DNA from: the human T2T-CHM13v2.0 reference genome, Homo sapiens
Strand: one strand, 5' to 3'
Assembly (NCBI RefSeq): GCF_009914755.1
Contig: NC_060928.1
Length of the DNA stretch: 64,000 nt
The notes below the pieces were generated by a model that worked only from the letters and a program-made list of their open reading frames with translations, was not told the DNA's origin and ran no database searches. This document shows positions 63,166 to 64,000 of this stretch, in pieces; the first letter of the stretch is position 1, and the number at the start of each line of letters is the position of its first letter. The translations under genes were made by a program, and so were the position numbers.

Positions 63166-64000
63166 ATTGCATTTTAGACATTATCTAAGTGTAATCTTTG
63201 TTCACAGATGCATCAGAAAACACCGAGTTTGATCAGCCATCTGAATTAGAAACAGTAATAACAAAAATCACAACACTTTAGCATCCAAACAGTTAAGGGA
63301 GGAGAGCCGTTGTTGAATTCTCTCTTGAAACTCATCATGATGAGGCTGTACCAAGAGGGCGATGTAACTGTGGGTACCGGGGCCTGCAGAAAATCCCCCC
63401 TGGCTCCTTCTGAGCTGCCACTCAGGGCTTTATTTATCCCACCCGTATCTCTCCTTCAGAGTGACACAGTCAGCAAGTCACTGGACTGCGGACTGTGGCA
63501 TCGTGGTCTTTTGTGTTGGTCTTCTCAGCAAGAACCTGATTTCTGGCTTTGCTCAGCATCCATCCTCCCACCCCATCAGCTATGGCTGTGCAGTGAAGCT
63601 AATGGGGTTGAAGCTTCAGAATCCCTCATTTGCACGGGCTCCTTCCAAGGCCCTACAAGGACCCTTAGCCGTGTGTGTGTGTGTTTATATATAAAATTTC
63701 TATAAGTAAGAAACTGCAATTTTAGGGGATTAAGATCATTTGCATTCTGCTCCAACGCCACTTGTGTTAGGGGTCCTAGAAGTGGCTGTGAGCATTTTGG
63801 GGAATTGGCTAACGGCAAGTTGAGTTAGGGATACATTTAGTTGGACTTGGTAAAACACAGTCATCTGATTTGCAGATGTGTCTGTGCATAGTTGAAGTTA
63901 TTGCTACTCATCCTGATGTAGGAATGGCTTCCAGGAAAACGCCCTCTCCCTGTGCCAACTCACTGGGCATCAGGACATGAAGGTGCAGGCCAAAATTTGC

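Overview
Human-type (primate) genomic DNA. Left end: CBR4 (carbonyl reductase 4, an SDR-family subunit of mitochondrial 3-ketoacyl-ACP reductase), minus strand, coding exons 1-4 with canonical splice sites and a CpG-island promoter at about 8.9-10.1 kb; the last exon lies off the left edge. The other ~54 kb looks like ordinary Alu/L1/L2/MaLR/ERV-rich intergenic DNA, including a solo LTR12C nested in an Alu and a 34-bp VNTR. Manual translation of the minus strand, however, reveals the remains of a large dead multi-exon gene from about 10 kb to at least 62.6 kb. Its exons have AG/GT boundaries, mostly compatible phases and many in-frame stops. Its central exons read as a JmjC-type 2OG-Fe dioxygenase (TDFHVD...H) followed directly by a GREB1/base-J glucosyltransferase (TAGT)-like GT-A domain, i.e. 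a fused hydroxylase-glycosyltransferase. Domain calls are by eye from remembered motifs and need HMM and synteny confirmation. Also seen: an RNY4 retrocopy, two templated local duplications that end at retrotransposon junctions, and an Alu template-switch hairpin.
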